Shown piece by piece: positions 1 to 13,731 of a stretch of 64,000 bases of DNA. The first letter of the stretch is position 1. Each line of letters opens with the position of its first letter. The stretch is from Octopus sinensis. Its lineage: Eukaryota. Under the pieces are notes generated by a model. That model had not been told where the DNA came from, did no database searches, and saw only the letters and a program-made list of their open reading frames with translations. A program made the position numbers and the translations under genes. The stretch is from NCBI RefSeq assembly GCF_006345805.1, contig NW_021824835.1, forward strand, positions 1,984 through 65,983, read 5' to 3'.

Positions 1-613
1 CACGTGCAGTCATGAACTTTACTCATTGTAGTTTGCGTTACTGTTGTTTGACATCTCTGTTACTGCGACATCCATGTAACATTTAAGAAGGCTATTGCTA
101 CTGTTGTTGTTGTGGTAGTTGCTATTGTTGTTGTGGTTGCTATTGTTATTGTTTTTGCTGAGGACTGTTAAAGTAGTTGATATTCATTTCTATTGTTGTT
201 TATTTTAGTTGGATGTCATTCCGCACGACTCCAGTCCATATAATTAAACGCTCTTTATGTTGTTTCCTAAGTCTGTCATAAACGATCTTTGTTGATTCTT
301 CCAGTGTATCTGTGGACGGATTTCTTTTCCGTTCATTCCTTTATTTCTTTCGCTCATTGGTGTGCGACCATGCTAGAGCAACGCCTTCCGAGGGTTTCTT
401 TTTTTAGTCGAATACATCGATCCACGGTATTTGTTTTAGTCTGGTGCTTACTCTGTAATTGCCTTTTCGCATACATACATTATATACATATTTATATATA
501 TATATATATGCATATATGTATATGTGTGCGTGTGTGTGTGTGCGTATATATATATATACATACATGTACATATATATATACATATATATATGTAGATATA
601 AATATATATATAT

Positions 614-653
<40 letters not shown>

Positions 654-693
654 TATATAAGATATATATATAAATTAGAAAAAAACAACTTTT

Positions 694-782
694 TCAATTC
701 AAAATGAACAATTAATTTTTTATATATATATATTATATTTTGTGAAATTTAATTTAGTATTTCTAAATTGAATTTTTCCCTG
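694..782. repeat. Fragment of the same PLE pLTR-like tail seen at 31323-31418, partly inverted
   Basis: 741-777 matches 31374-31410 directly with one mismatch; 694-715 is the reverse complement of 31323-31344. Confidence 0.6.
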
Positions 783-839
783 TAAGTTAGGAATAATATT
801 CCCTCAAATAATTATATACACAACACACACACACACACA

Positions 840-887
<48 letters not shown>

Positions 888-1359
888 TATTATATATATA
901 TATTATATGTATGTATATTTGCTGCATGCAGAGCACGGTATTCTTTTAAGCAGCTGTCGACAGTTCATGACAGGCTCGGTACTTTCTAGCAGTGTTATTC
1001 ACACCAGTGATGACGAACAAGAACGACACCTCCAGGAAACAGTCTGTCTTGTAGACCACATTATACCGCAATATCGTTTTTCTTCTAACTTCCAATCAAT
1101 TAACCCGTGATACAAAATTTAGGTAGGGTAGCAACGGCAACCATTGCAACTCTATATCAGCTATGATGTTCTGCTACTAAAATGTTTTCTTGGCTCTCAA
1201 ACTTGGTCTAAAAGAGCAGCTGTATCATTGGTCCAATACATCATCAAAAAAATAAAAGCGGTGAAGAACTAAAATGTCACCTGCTTAAAAAAGTTTCGCT
1301 ACATATACTTCTTGTGCGTTTGCGTTGCTGTCATTATGCTATCCCTCTTTCTCTCTCAC

Positions 1360-1444
<85 letters not shown>

Positions 1445-1461
1445 GTATGTATGTATGTATG

Positions 1462-1510
<49 letters not shown>

Positions 1511-1809
1511 GCATAAAACAATATACAGTATGTTGCATTTCTGTGTATCTATCTGTACATTCATACGTATGTGTGTGTGTGTGTGTGCATGGGTATGAGT
1601 ATGTATGTAATGTATGATATGCAGACAAATGGAAGAAAATACGTTACCTTATACCAAAGATATTATTGACAACACAAACACACACACACACCAACACACA
1701 CGTACACACACACCCGTGTATTATTGCAATTTCCTTATTGATGACAAAACCAGAAGGAAATGCAAAAGTAATTATTTAAACGGGTACAGTACTAGTGGTG
1801 GTGGTGGTG

Positions 1810-1851
<42 letters not shown>

Positions 1852-1987
1852 ATGGTGGTGGTAGTGCTGGTGGATAGTGGTGGTGCCGGCGGTTGCATTT
1901 CATCGTTTCGTTCAGAATTGAAATGAGATACTTGGGTAACTTTCAAGTGATAGACAGACAGAAAGACAGACAGACAGACAGACAGGC

Positions 1988-2083
<96 letters not shown>

Positions 2084-2084
2084 T

Positions 2085-2134
<50 letters not shown>

Positions 2135-2138
2135 TAGA

Positions 2139-2234
<96 letters not shown>

Positions 2235-2597
2235 CAGACAGATAGACAAATAGAATAATGGAGAAAGCTCACAGAGAAACAAAAGGCCACCATCTATCTA
2301 TGCATGTATGTAAAAACACATGCTATATATATATATATTATATCATGCTATATATATATAATATATATATATATGTTGGTATATACATGCACATATATGC
2401 AAAAATATACTACGGATATAGATATATCGACACATACACACACGTGCGCTCGGATATATCACAGAGATGTTATAGACACATGTATATATATGTGACTATA
2501 CATCTGTGTGTGTGTGCTGTGTGTGGTGTGTAGATTGAGCTCCGCAAAAATTTTAATAGATCGCAGTTGTCCTTGTTATTTCAGACGATGTCTGTAG

Positions 2598-2647
<50 letters not shown>

Positions 2648-2962
2648 GCGCATGCATGTGTGTATGTACATATATAAATATGTGTACATACGTGTGTACA
2701 TACATATATGCCTAGAGTGTGTGTGTGTGTGTGTGTGCGCGTTTGTGTAGGAGCGTACCACTTAAATGTGTGAGGCTAGAGAGAGAGGGAGGTAGGGAGG
2801 GAGGGAAGTATGTTTAATATAAATGTTTATGTTGTCATTGCAGCCTTGATTTCAATATTTGCCCCACCTCCTGCTCGAAATAGACTTTTCCATATCGCAC
2901 GACGCGCCACACACATTGCAGACTTCGTGTAGATATCTACTCTACCAAGTGACACGCATCTA

Positions 2963-3056
<94 letters not shown>

Positions 3057-3278
3057 CATGCACATATACACACACACTCCACTTGTACACACGCAAACAC
3101 GCACACGTATCTAGAATTCACATGTAGACACAAATATCATCACCAGAAAATCACTCATTTTCTTCGTGCATGTTTGAATGCAAAATCTATATTTCTTTCT
3201 CTCTGTCTCACTCTCTCACCCTCTCTTACTCTCTCTCTCCCTTTCTGTTATATATACATTATATATATATATACATAT

Positions 3279-3340
<62 letters not shown>

Positions 3341-3879
3341 GTGTAACATTTAAGAATATATTTGTGCATAATATATATTTGTGTGTGTGTGTGTGTGTAA
3401 CATTTAAGAATATATTTGTGCATATATATATATTTGTGTGTGTGCGTACCGCACGTGTTAGTAGGGGGTCCAAATTTTCTTTGAATTACAGCCTGCCAAA
3501 CGTGTTGATTCCTTTTAGTGGAAACCAACCGGCACAAGAACATGTAGGAAGCCTCAAAGCTATTATTACTTTGCCCCAAGGCACGATACGGATGATTTTC
3601 CTGTCTATTTAATTTGCATTCTAGTTTTGTCAAGATCTCGTGTGTTTTTTTACATCTACCTATTTGAAAGTGGTTGTATTAGCCGAGGCAGTTTATTTTT
3701 CTTTTAATGTAGCAACAATACTCCATTATAACTCTGGGTTACTTTCTCCCCCGTTTTCAATTGTTATTTCTCTTCAAAAGAAAAGTGGAATAACCCTTAT
3801 TTTTGGGTTGTAAACGAATGGAAGTGTTGCGTATATCTAACTTCAAATGTAAAACTGGTTAATCCAAAGTATGCTTTTA

Positions 3880-4270
3880 CTGTATCGTCTTCTTTGGAAT
3901 GTTTCCACTACCAATATGTGTTCACATATTCCCTAGAAAAGAGTTCTAACTAAGTATTACTTAAGTTGGCGATACTAAGAGTTACAGGAATATCTACAGT
4001 TAATTATAAGTAACATAACCTTAATATTCTATAAGCAACTTCTGCCCTCCACTCCATCTTTACTTGATTATTTCTCTACCTTCAGTTCTGTAATATCTTT
4101 ATTCCTCCAAATACACTTAACTTCTTAGTCTCCACCATCTTTTACACATCTCCTTGGTGAGCCATACATAGACTAGCTCTGGACTTCTCCAACCAATTAT
4201 TTATCTTCATGTTTGAACACTTCCCACATGGAATACACTATTGTATATCAAGAAGTACATTTACTTCAAA
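3880..4270 (-). mobile_element. Highly decayed CR1/L2-type LINE 3' coding remnant
   Basis: Minus-strand fragments, across frameshifts, resemble the CR1/L2 C-terminal series LEYCxxxW...LEKVQR..KMV..L..Y.ER...LERRR.RGDL...Y.I...TRGH. Judged by eye. Confidence 0.4.
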
Positions 4271-4372
4271 TAGAACTGAGGTTGATTTACATAGATAAAA
4301 ATTCTGACTTCACTTTAGGTAGAAGCTATCTACCATATTGTGAACAATAACTGGAACAAGTAAAAGAATATT

Positions 4373-4404
<32 letters not shown>

Positions 4405-4585
4405 TCGCGTATGTGTTAGTAGATACATATATGCATATATTATTTATATTCATGTACGTATGCATGTGTATGTGTGCTTCGTATGTATACATGCACAAAC
4501 ACGCATCTATAAATATACTTTACATACATACATACATACCTACATACATACACACACGCACAGACACACACACACACACACACAC

Positions 4586-4629
<44 letters not shown>

Positions 4630-4982
4630 ATAAGATAGAGAGAGAGAAAGAGAGGGAGAGAGATAGGGACACGTGGATGGGTGCATTCGCATGTTTGAAT
4701 ACAAAGAAAGGGAGAGAGGGGAATGTGCACGTGCGTGTGTGAATGTTAGGCGAAGAGGGATTTATAAGAAAGACTTACAAGATTTTACGAAAGACTGGAA
4801 TAAAAACATATATATATACACACACATATATATACATCATAAAGCTTCGTCGCACGTCGCTTTGTGGTTTATTAAAATATTTGTCATTCCATAATCTGTT
4901 CTTCACAATCACGCCGCACCAGATACGTTCCAACAAACCAGCCAGCCAGCCAGTTAGCTTACACCTCATATAATAATAATAA

Positions 4983-5100
<118 letters not shown>

Positions 5101-7084
5101 AATATACGATGCTATGCAATAATATATAAAATGACATTTAAAGTAAAGTGAGGAAGTGAACAAGGGACACAGTAAAATGTCGCGAGATAAATTGACGCTA
5201 CTGCTCCGTTCTGGCTGACAATCACGCTCACATGCCTACGACGACAGATGTCGCTGCAGTTTGTTTGAATGAACATCCGACTACGCCTCCCACTTCCCCC
5301 GACTCTTATTAGCTTCTCTCTCCCTTTTCATACACACACACACACACATACACACGCACGCATACACACGCAAGCATACACACACACACGAACATGTATA
5401 TGTATATATGATTTTCGTTACTGTTTCAAATTTTCTTTCACCTTTTATCAATGGCTTCCTTGTTCAAAAATATTCTACTATCTCTCTTACGTCTCACCCT
5501 CGATTAGGGATTTATCCTCTATTTCCGGTTTCTCCCACCCCATGACCACACAGATATAATATATATTTTGCCTCCCTCAACCAACATGTCAGTCTATCGG
5601 TCGGTCGGTCGGCGTATCTATTTGCAGGTCTACCTTTCTCTCTGCTTCTAATTCTCATGTATTTTCCTTCTCTTTCTTTTTCTGTTACACACCTTCAGTT
5701 ACGCCTACGCCTTGTATATTTTTCCAATCTCTTTTACTTACATTTGATGCGTCTTTTTATATAGATATAGCTATAGATATTGATATAGATAGATAGAAAG
5801 ATATGTAGATAGATAGCTTTCTCTCAGTGTCTTGTTCTCTCTCTCTCTCTCTCTCTCTATCACACTCATATCGCATACACACACACACACACGCGCGCGC
5901 GCGACCACACGCACACACATATTTCTTTTGCTAAAATATATTCTAATGGAATATTGTTCATCGTCTGATGATTGCTTAGCGTTTACTGATCATACTGATA
6001 ATGATACTTGAAGTTACGACGTATTATCTTTAATAGACTATATCATAGTTATGTATTATATATTTCTCTCTCTTATGGTTATTGAGTACTCTCGGCTACA
6101 TGTGTGTGTGTATTTGTGTGTGACCGTGTGCATGCGTGATCCCTTCTCTATACACTTCTTTTTACACTTGTCTCCTCTCCCCTGCTATGTTTTTCTCTCA
6201 CTCTGTTTCACTCAACTTCTCCCTGTCTGTCTGTCTGCCCCCCCCCCTCTCTCTCTCTCAGTCGCGTTTTCTCAACAATCATCCATGCAATATTCCATAC
6301 ATGTCACACAATTCTTTTCATTTTCGACTTTCCTTTCTTTCTTCCTTTCTTTCTTTCCTTCTTCTTTTCTCCCATCTTACCTCTCTCTTCCTCTCTTTTC
6401 TTTTTTATTATTTCCTTCCCCTTTCTCTCTTACTATGTAACTATTATCTCTCTTATCCTTCTATCTCACCCGATTTCTTCTTTCATTTCTCATTTCATTC
6501 TTTCTCTCCTTCTCTCTATCCCTCTTTCTTCCGGTCCCTTCCATATACCCCTACACACTCCCCACTCACTCAGTCCTATTTCTCACGCACCACCACCACC
6601 TCCATCACACATTCCCCCTCTCTTCCTCGAACATAGCAATACAACAGCAGCCAGACGACTGATGGCCCAATCGAATTTCTGACAGTTTGCTGTCGTCTGC
6701 ACTTCATTATTAATGAGAGAGAAGAGGAAGAGAGGAATGGAAGGGGAGGAAATGGAAGACAGCGACTGATTTATAAATGTGTCGGCTGCGTTATTCAATC
6801 TATTTTTAGGCACACACACACACACGACTCACAATAGACACACATATATCATAATGTACAAAATAAGACCATTCGTACAAGAAATCCAATTCAATCCGTT
6901 ATAATACAGAGCAAAAGCTTGTATTTATTCTGCCGAGGTCGACATTGCTTTTCATCCTTCGGTATCGATAAAATACGCACCAGCTGATCACTGGGGTTGA
7001 CGTAATCGACAATCCTTTTCCACACCATTTCAGACCTGGTGCCTGTGGTTGAAGAATACCAATAATAACAGTAATAATAACAAA

Positions 7085-7146
<62 letters not shown>

Positions 7147-7250
7147 TAATGAAGAAGAAGAAGAAGAAGACGAAGAAGAAGGAGGAGGAGAACAACAACA
7201 ACAACAACCACAACAACTATTATTATAATTATTATTATTATTATTATTAT

Positions 7251-7802
7251 TGAGTGAGAGAGCAGTTCATGCCATCAAAGTGACATTGGGGTAAAATATA
7301 CGAAGCCCAATATACCCATCATGACTACCCGTCTGATAAAGGTACACCAGGCACATGCATCACAACCATATGTGCGCGACATGGTGATCTCATATCAAGA
7401 TAAACAGCACATGACCTTGCAGGTGGGGCCAAGTAAGAATTTTCTTCAGGTTGAGTAGCCCATCCCGCTCAAACGGTCCCTGAATAAGGTTGTTTAAGGA
7501 TGTTGAAAGAACCACCCATGTTTCCAGAGGTGAACTATTCAACCCCAAAGAATCCCTCTCAACACATGGCTATGATGCTCCCCCACTACTTCTGCTCGTG
7601 ATCAGAGATGCACATATCGTCAGCCACTAGGGACATGCTCAACTGGTTAAGGTCAAACAACTGACAAGCAAATCTGTGGTATTGAGCAGAATATTTGCTG
7701 TAGCCCATCTTTTATACCAAGACAAAACAATGTACATGATAACACTTCCAATCAGTTAAGATCAGAAGCCATGAGAGCTACTGCCTGGTACTGCATCAGG
7801 GC

Positions 7803-7807
<5 letters not shown>
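7251..7807 (-). mobile_element. About 555-bp non-coding retroposon with (AAT)n tail, inserted in an (ATT/AAT)n array; longest of three copies
   Basis: Flanked by (ATT)n on both sides. Related copies at 8015-8395 and 8419-8547 share the same end (TGAGTGAGAGAG on plus) and are truncated at the other end. Confidence 0.75.
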
Positions 7808-7876
<69 letters not shown>

Positions 7877-8014
7877 CTCTCGGGGTCAATAAATTAAGTC
7901 CCGGAGAAACATTGGGGTCGATGTAATCGACTCGTCGCCCTCCTCACACATTTTAGGCTTTATGCCTTTAGTAGAAATAATAATAATAATAATTATTATT
8001 ATTATTATTATTAT

Positions 8015-8395
8015 TGAGTGAGAGAGCAGTTCATGCCATCAAAGTGACACTGGGGTAAAATATACGAAGCCGAGTATACCCTTCATGACAACCCGCACAT
8101 GCATCACAACCATATGTGCGCGATATGATGATCTCATATCAAGATAAACAGCACATGAACTTGTAGAAGGGGTCCAGTTAGAATTTTCTTCTGGTCGAGT
8201 AGCCCATCCTGCTTAAAAGGTCTCTGAATAAGGATTGTTTAAGGATGTTGAACGAAACACCCATGTTTCCAAAAGTGAATTATCCAAATATCTAAGAATT
8301 CCTTTCAACACACGGCTATGATGCTTCCCCACTACTTCTACTCGTGATCGTCAGACACTAAGAACATGATCAACTGGTTAAAGTCAAACAACTTA
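8015..8395 (-). mobile_element. 5'-truncated second copy of the 7251-7807 element
   Basis: Colinear similarity to 7251-7650 with small deletions; flanked by (ATT)n. Confidence 0.75.
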
Positions 8396-8418
8396 CTTAT
8401 TATTATTATCGTCATCAT

Positions 8419-8547
8419 TGAGCGAGAGAGAAGTGTATGTCATCAAAGTGATACCGTGGAACAAATATACGAAGTCCAACATACCCATCATGACGACCCA
8501 TGTGATAAGGGTACACCAGGCACATGCATCACACCCATATGTGCGCA
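8419..8547 (-). mobile_element. Short third copy of the 7251-7807 element
   Basis: Similar to 7251-7380. Confidence 0.65.
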
Positions 8548-8568
8548 ACTATATTTTACTATTATAAA

Positions 8569-8734
8569 GGCGGTGAGCTAATAGAAACGTTAGCACGCCG
8601 GGCTAAATGCTTAGCGGTATTTCATCTGTCTTTACGTTCTGAGTTCAAATTCCGCAGAGCACTGGAGTCGAGGTAAACAACTTACCTCACCCCTCAAAAT
8701 TTCAGGCTTTGTGCTTGTATTAGAAAGGATTATT
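8569..8734 (+). mobile_element. tRNA-derived SINE, family B (GGCGGCGAGCTGGCAGAA head), internally deleted
   Basis: A-box-like head and B-box GAGTTCAAATTCC; same head recurs many times in the window. Confidence 0.8.
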
Positions 8735-8772
8735 GTGTGCGGACATGAATCAAATCAGATAAATCCAACAAT

Positions 8773-9389
8773 CTTTTCTACTCTAGGTACAAGGCACGGA
8801 ATGTTGGGGGAGGGGGCAGATCGATCCCAGTACGCAACTGGCACTTAATTTATCGACCCCGAAAGGATGAAAGGCGAAGTCGACCTCGGCGGAATTTGAA
8901 CTCAGAACGTAAAGACAGACGAAATACCACTAAGCACTTCGCCCGGTGTGATAACGTTTCTGCCAGCTCGCCGCCTTAGATAAATCTAATAATCTTTTCT
9001 ACCCTAGGCACAAGGCCCGAAATTTTGGTAGAGGGGGCCAGTCGATTAGATCTACCCCAGTACGCAACTGGTTCTTAATTTATAGACCACGAAAGGATGA
9101 AAGGCAAAGTCAACCTCGGTGGGATTTGAACTCAGAACGTAAAGACAAACGAAATACCTATTTCTTTACTACCCACAAGGGGCTACATACAGAGACGACA
9201 AACAAGGACAGACAAACGGATTAAGTCGATTAGATCGACTCCAGTACGTAACTGGTACTTAATTTATCGACCCCGAAAGGATGAAAGGCAAAGTCGACCT
9301 CGGCGGAATTTGAACTCAGAACGTAAAGACAAACGAAATACCGCTAAGCACTTCGCCCGGCGTGCTAAAGCGTCCGCCATCTCGCCGCC
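8773..9389 (-). mobile_element. Tandem family-B SINEs: monomer 8773-8975 and composite dimer 8994-9389
   Basis: Repeated GACCCCGAAAGGATGAAAGGCAAAGTCGACCTCGGCGGAATTTGAACTCAGAACG blocks; 17-bp direct repeats at 8756, 8977 and 9391. Confidence 0.9.
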
Positions 9390-10108
9390 TCAGATAAATC
9401 TAATAATGGGCAAGTAAAGTTTCAAATCAGCCCAAATGTGTTTCTAAGTTCGTTCGTTGTGGAAATGAAGATTTTGAAGAGAATGTTCAAAACCTCATCA
9501 TTACCCCACCTCTTCATTACCCCACCAATTTCAAGATGTGCACTTGCACCCACCTCCAAAACTCTGTTTCCGAACGAATAGCAAGAGGTGGATCTGAGGA
9601 AGATCAGGATGCTAGTTCTAGCCAATGGAACGATCACGTAGATACCTTTGTAATTACTGTTGTTAGATAATCTGTTTTGGTTTTATTTATTTATTTATTT
9701 CCATTTTCATGCGACTTTATAACTCCAGGCTACCATGGACTTGTGACAGAACAGCAGCAAGATGTCGGCTTCAGTAGTGTACGCATGCGCACTCACTCTC
9801 CTTGTTAATAGAGCTTTCCTGTTGACAGCAAAATCAATACTGCACATTCCACCCCCTCAAGCGTAACACGTAGTTTTTCCTACCTGAGTCGCTCTTACAC
9901 TCAATCATTATCTATATATCTCTCTCACTCTTTCTCTCTCTCTCTCTCTCTCTCACTTTTTTTCTCTCTCTCTCTCTCTAACTATCAATCTATCTCTATC
10001 TATTTCTCTCTCTCCCTATATATATATAATATAATATAATATAATATATATGCATATGATAATATATGGTATATATGTAAAATATAATATGCATATGATA
10101 ATATATTG

Positions 10109-10180
<72 letters not shown>

Positions 10181-10222
10181 TAATATTTGATATATATATA
10201 TGTAATATTTGATATATAGATA

Positions 10223-10262
<40 letters not shown>

Positions 10263-11816
10263 ATAAATAAATAAATATATATATATGTATGATATTATGT
10301 ACTATGATGTGTGTGTGTGTATTATATGTATATATATATATATATATATATCTATATATAATATACAAGTGGCAAGTTGCTTCTTGGTGAGGGGGGTTGA
10401 TACTATTTATCTGTCTGTATATCTGTGTATCTATCTTTTTATCTATCTATCTATTTGTCAGTCTCTCTTTCATTCTGTCTTGCTATCTGTCTCTCTTTTC
10501 TTCTCTCTCTCACCCAGTTCATATTTTGAGACAATAATTCGTTAGTGAATCACGCACATAACACACGCACATACACACACACACACAGACACACACACAC
10601 ACACACACACACACACAACACACACACACACACACACATACACACACGGAAATCGAGTGAGAGAGAAAAAGAGAGAGGAATGATGATCAAGGTTGGAGGC
10701 TAAACAAACCTTAACGAAAGGGGACCCGAAGCGAAGGAGAGTATTCAGTACATTTTGACTACATCATGGCAAATAGCAAATATACAGAACGACAGGGGGT
10801 GCCACTACCACCGCCGCCGCCGCCACCGCCACCGCCACTACTAAAATAAAACAATATTAGAAAAAAAAACCGTAGATGTGCTTCAGGGTGTAAAACATTA
10901 ATGACTTACTCCATATATTGGTAGAAGACAGCGAGGTACTGTGACGTAAGCAAGTCGTAGTACCCCCTGTCAAGCTCTCTCTTCCACTCACTCTCTCACT
11001 TTGTCCCTCTCTTTCCCTCTCGTTCTCTCTTTACCAACAACGATCACTGCCACCACCATCACCACCACCAACACCACTAACACCACGTGATATTTTGACG
11101 TCAACCAGTATTATATATCATTACCATTACCCGTTCTCGTTTTCTTTCTTCCTTTCTCCCCCCCCCCTCTTTCTCTCTCTCTCCTGACCGTATTTAATAA
11201 ATCAGTCCCAGGCAATCTGTGGGTATTTCTGAATGGCACGTCCTCACGAAATATTACCTTCTATTCATATAATGGATACATGTCTTTCGTTTTGGGTTCA
11301 TTGATTTCATAATAGATTTTTAACACTTACACACACCTCTTATTTTTATGGAAGTTGTGTTGTAAGAAATGGCGTCGGCAAACCATATTTAACAAATCGA
11401 AATGTCCCGATCAACTGAGAAAGCAAAAAAAACTACAGAAAATTGTTAACGACTCCTGTGCGAATTGAAAGAGGATTTCGTCATAGCAAAATGAAGTCGA
11501 TATAAAACTGAATTTTCTTGTGTAGATGTAATGCGTTAGCTCCAACATTCGATCGTCAGAAGTGGGGAGATTAGCATAAGAAGAAGCTAAGCTCACTGTC
11601 TTCATTTTTGTTTCCGTGTGTATCTTCACCTGCATATAGCACCTTGGGAAGGTGTCTTCTGTAGCCTCGGGCCGACCAAAGCCTTGTGAGTAGAATTGGT
11701 AGACGGAAACTGGAAGAAGCCCGTCGTATGAACTGTCAGCATCTACTAAATTCAAACGAGGCATGTGGATGTCTTATCATCGAAGTCGGTGGTTTTGTAA
11801 CTAATGGCAACTGAGT

Positions 11817-11928
11817 ATCACCTGAAGAAATACAACTGGATCCCATTATACAAGTAAATCGTTGCATAATTTAAATCCTGTATATATATATATGAAGATC
11901 TATGTTGTATCGAAACATGTGTAGAGAT
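11817..11928 (+). ncRNA. Type I hammerhead ribozyme-like motif with long helix II (solo PLE pLTR-like context)
   Basis: Helix I ATCAC/GAGAT (one mismatch); core CTGAAGA 11822-11828; helix II ATACAAC-TGGATC / GATCTA-T-GTTGTAT; GAAA 11912-11915; near-palindromic ACATGTGT; GTA site. First helix II pair is A-C. Confidence 0.65.
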
Positions 11929-11989
11929 TATTAAATAACTGTCTAACCGTACTTCTTCTTGTTGACTATCTTATTCAATCATATATATA

Positions 11990-12152
11990 GGCGAAGGAGT
12001 GACTGAGTGGTAAGTAGCTTGCTTCCCAAACACATGGTTCCGGATTCAATCCCACTGCGTGGCACCTTGGGCTAGTATCTTCTACTATAGCCTAGGGCCG
12101 ACCAAAGCCTTGTGAGTGGATTTGGTAGACGGAAACTGAAAGAAGCCCGTCT

Positions 12153-12206
<54 letters not shown>

Positions 12207-12405
12207 TGTCCTCGCCACCATCGCTTGACAATTTATGCTGGTTTGTATATGTCTCCGTAAGCAAAGGAGACCAATTGAATAAGTACTAGGCTTACAAAGA
12301 ATAAATCCTGGGGGTCGATTTCTTCGACTAACACTCTTTGAGGTGGTGCTCCAGCATGGCCGCAGTCCAAAGACCGAAACAAGTAAAAAAAAGAGTAAAA
12401 AGAAT
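11990..12405 (+). mobile_element. tRNA-derived SINE, family A (internal microsatellite); partial copy also at 11625-11730
   Basis: Head GGCGAAGGAGTGACTGAGTGGTAAG, B-box GGATTCAATCCC, body CCTTGGG..GACCAAAGCCTTGTGAGTGGATTTGGTAGACGGAAACTGAAAGAAGCCCGTC, internal (TA)(TG)n, tail ending GAAACAAGTAAAA. Confidence 0.9.
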
Positions 12406-12409
12406 AAGA

Positions 12410-12665
12410 TCATTAATGTTGGGTAATGACTGAAAGATTGCGATCGTGAATACAAGCATCCGAAATGGAGTCACTCCGTAGGTTCTGTGGAATAACGTTA
12501 CTTGACTGAAGATGTAGTATGGAGAATAAGGATTCACAAGTTGGGGCACTACTTCTCTGCATTGAGAAGCCACGGCTCCGGTGCTACGGACGTGCGATTA
12601 GAACGTCAGAGGAAATAATTGGAAGACAGATTCTTCAAGTCAAGTCCGACCGAAACAGACTTAAA
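12410..12665 (+). mobile_element. Decayed RTE-clade LINE C-terminal fragment
   Basis: Frameshifted translation resembles WVMTERLRS.IQASEM..LRRFCGITLLD...LLCIEKPRLRCYGRAIR, i.e. the RTE LRWFGHV.RM region. Confidence 0.7.
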
Positions 12666-13731
12666 AACACCATCCTTAGCTGCGAAGGTTCAAGACCAAA
12701 TCATGGCCATAATTGATATCTTGCGTTCTTTCAAAGACCCATCTTCTTCGCTCGCAAGAGCAAGCAAGATCGTGGGGCATAGGTACTTCCTCCATTGGAT
12801 CCTATAAGAAGCAAACGTCATTAGACTTTCAGGCTGTATTTCCAAGTATGACAAACTGTGATTATGGATAATATCCAACCGTTTCCTTCTTGGTTTACCG
12901 TTACGTCTCCTGTTAATATGAGATGAATGAAGGAGTAGATCGGTGAGGCGAACGGGAAGTGATAGACAGAAAGATCGACGGCGAGATAGAGGAAAAGAGG
13001 AGAGAGAGAGAGAGATATGATCAATGTAATATGAATAAATAAATATAGAAACAAATTAGTAAAGGGAAGTAACTCAAATGAAGCTATACCATGGATTTTA
13101 AAATACAAGCAATGATGTGCTTGATTGATGGACACCAGCCATTCTTAATGAATTTGAATTTGCCTTTGGGAGAAAGTAAGCAGTGAAATCCTAGCGGTAA
13201 TTCTTAACGCTGTGTGTGTGTGTATATGTGTGTGTGTGTTATGTGTGTGTATGCATGTGTGCGTGTGTGTGAAAGAAAGAGAGAGAGAAACAGACAACGA
13301 GGGCAGCTAGATACGTGTCTAAATATATTTATATATGTATATAAATTTTCATGGACGAGTATGTATGTATATATATATATATATACATACATATATATAT
13401 AAAACCCCAACACCACCACACCATACACCACTATACTACCACGCCACACCACCCCGCACACACTAGCACTAACCACTTCCCAGCACCTACATCATCATCC
13501 ATACACCTACACAAGCACACACGCACAGGTCATGGTCACTAGCCCCCTTCCACACGCACATAACTCTCTCACATACACACGCACGCGCACCTTCATTTTG
13601 GTATCACCCCTACTTTATTATCTCCCCTTCTTCCTAGCTCTCCTGTGTGACCACTCTGTCCGGCACTCGCCATGATAGTTCGCTAGCCACGAAACCTTTT
13701 TTATTTTCTCCCCCTGTTTATTTCTATGTTC

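Noticed and set aside
907-1110. 67-aa ORF in non-repetitive sequence
   Set aside because: Short, starts in a microsatellite, no recognisable motif.
13640-13700. Second hammerhead upstream of 13732 (…TAGCCACGAAACC)
   Set aside because: GAAAC is present, but no CUGANGA-like strand or NUH/helix I can be assigned.
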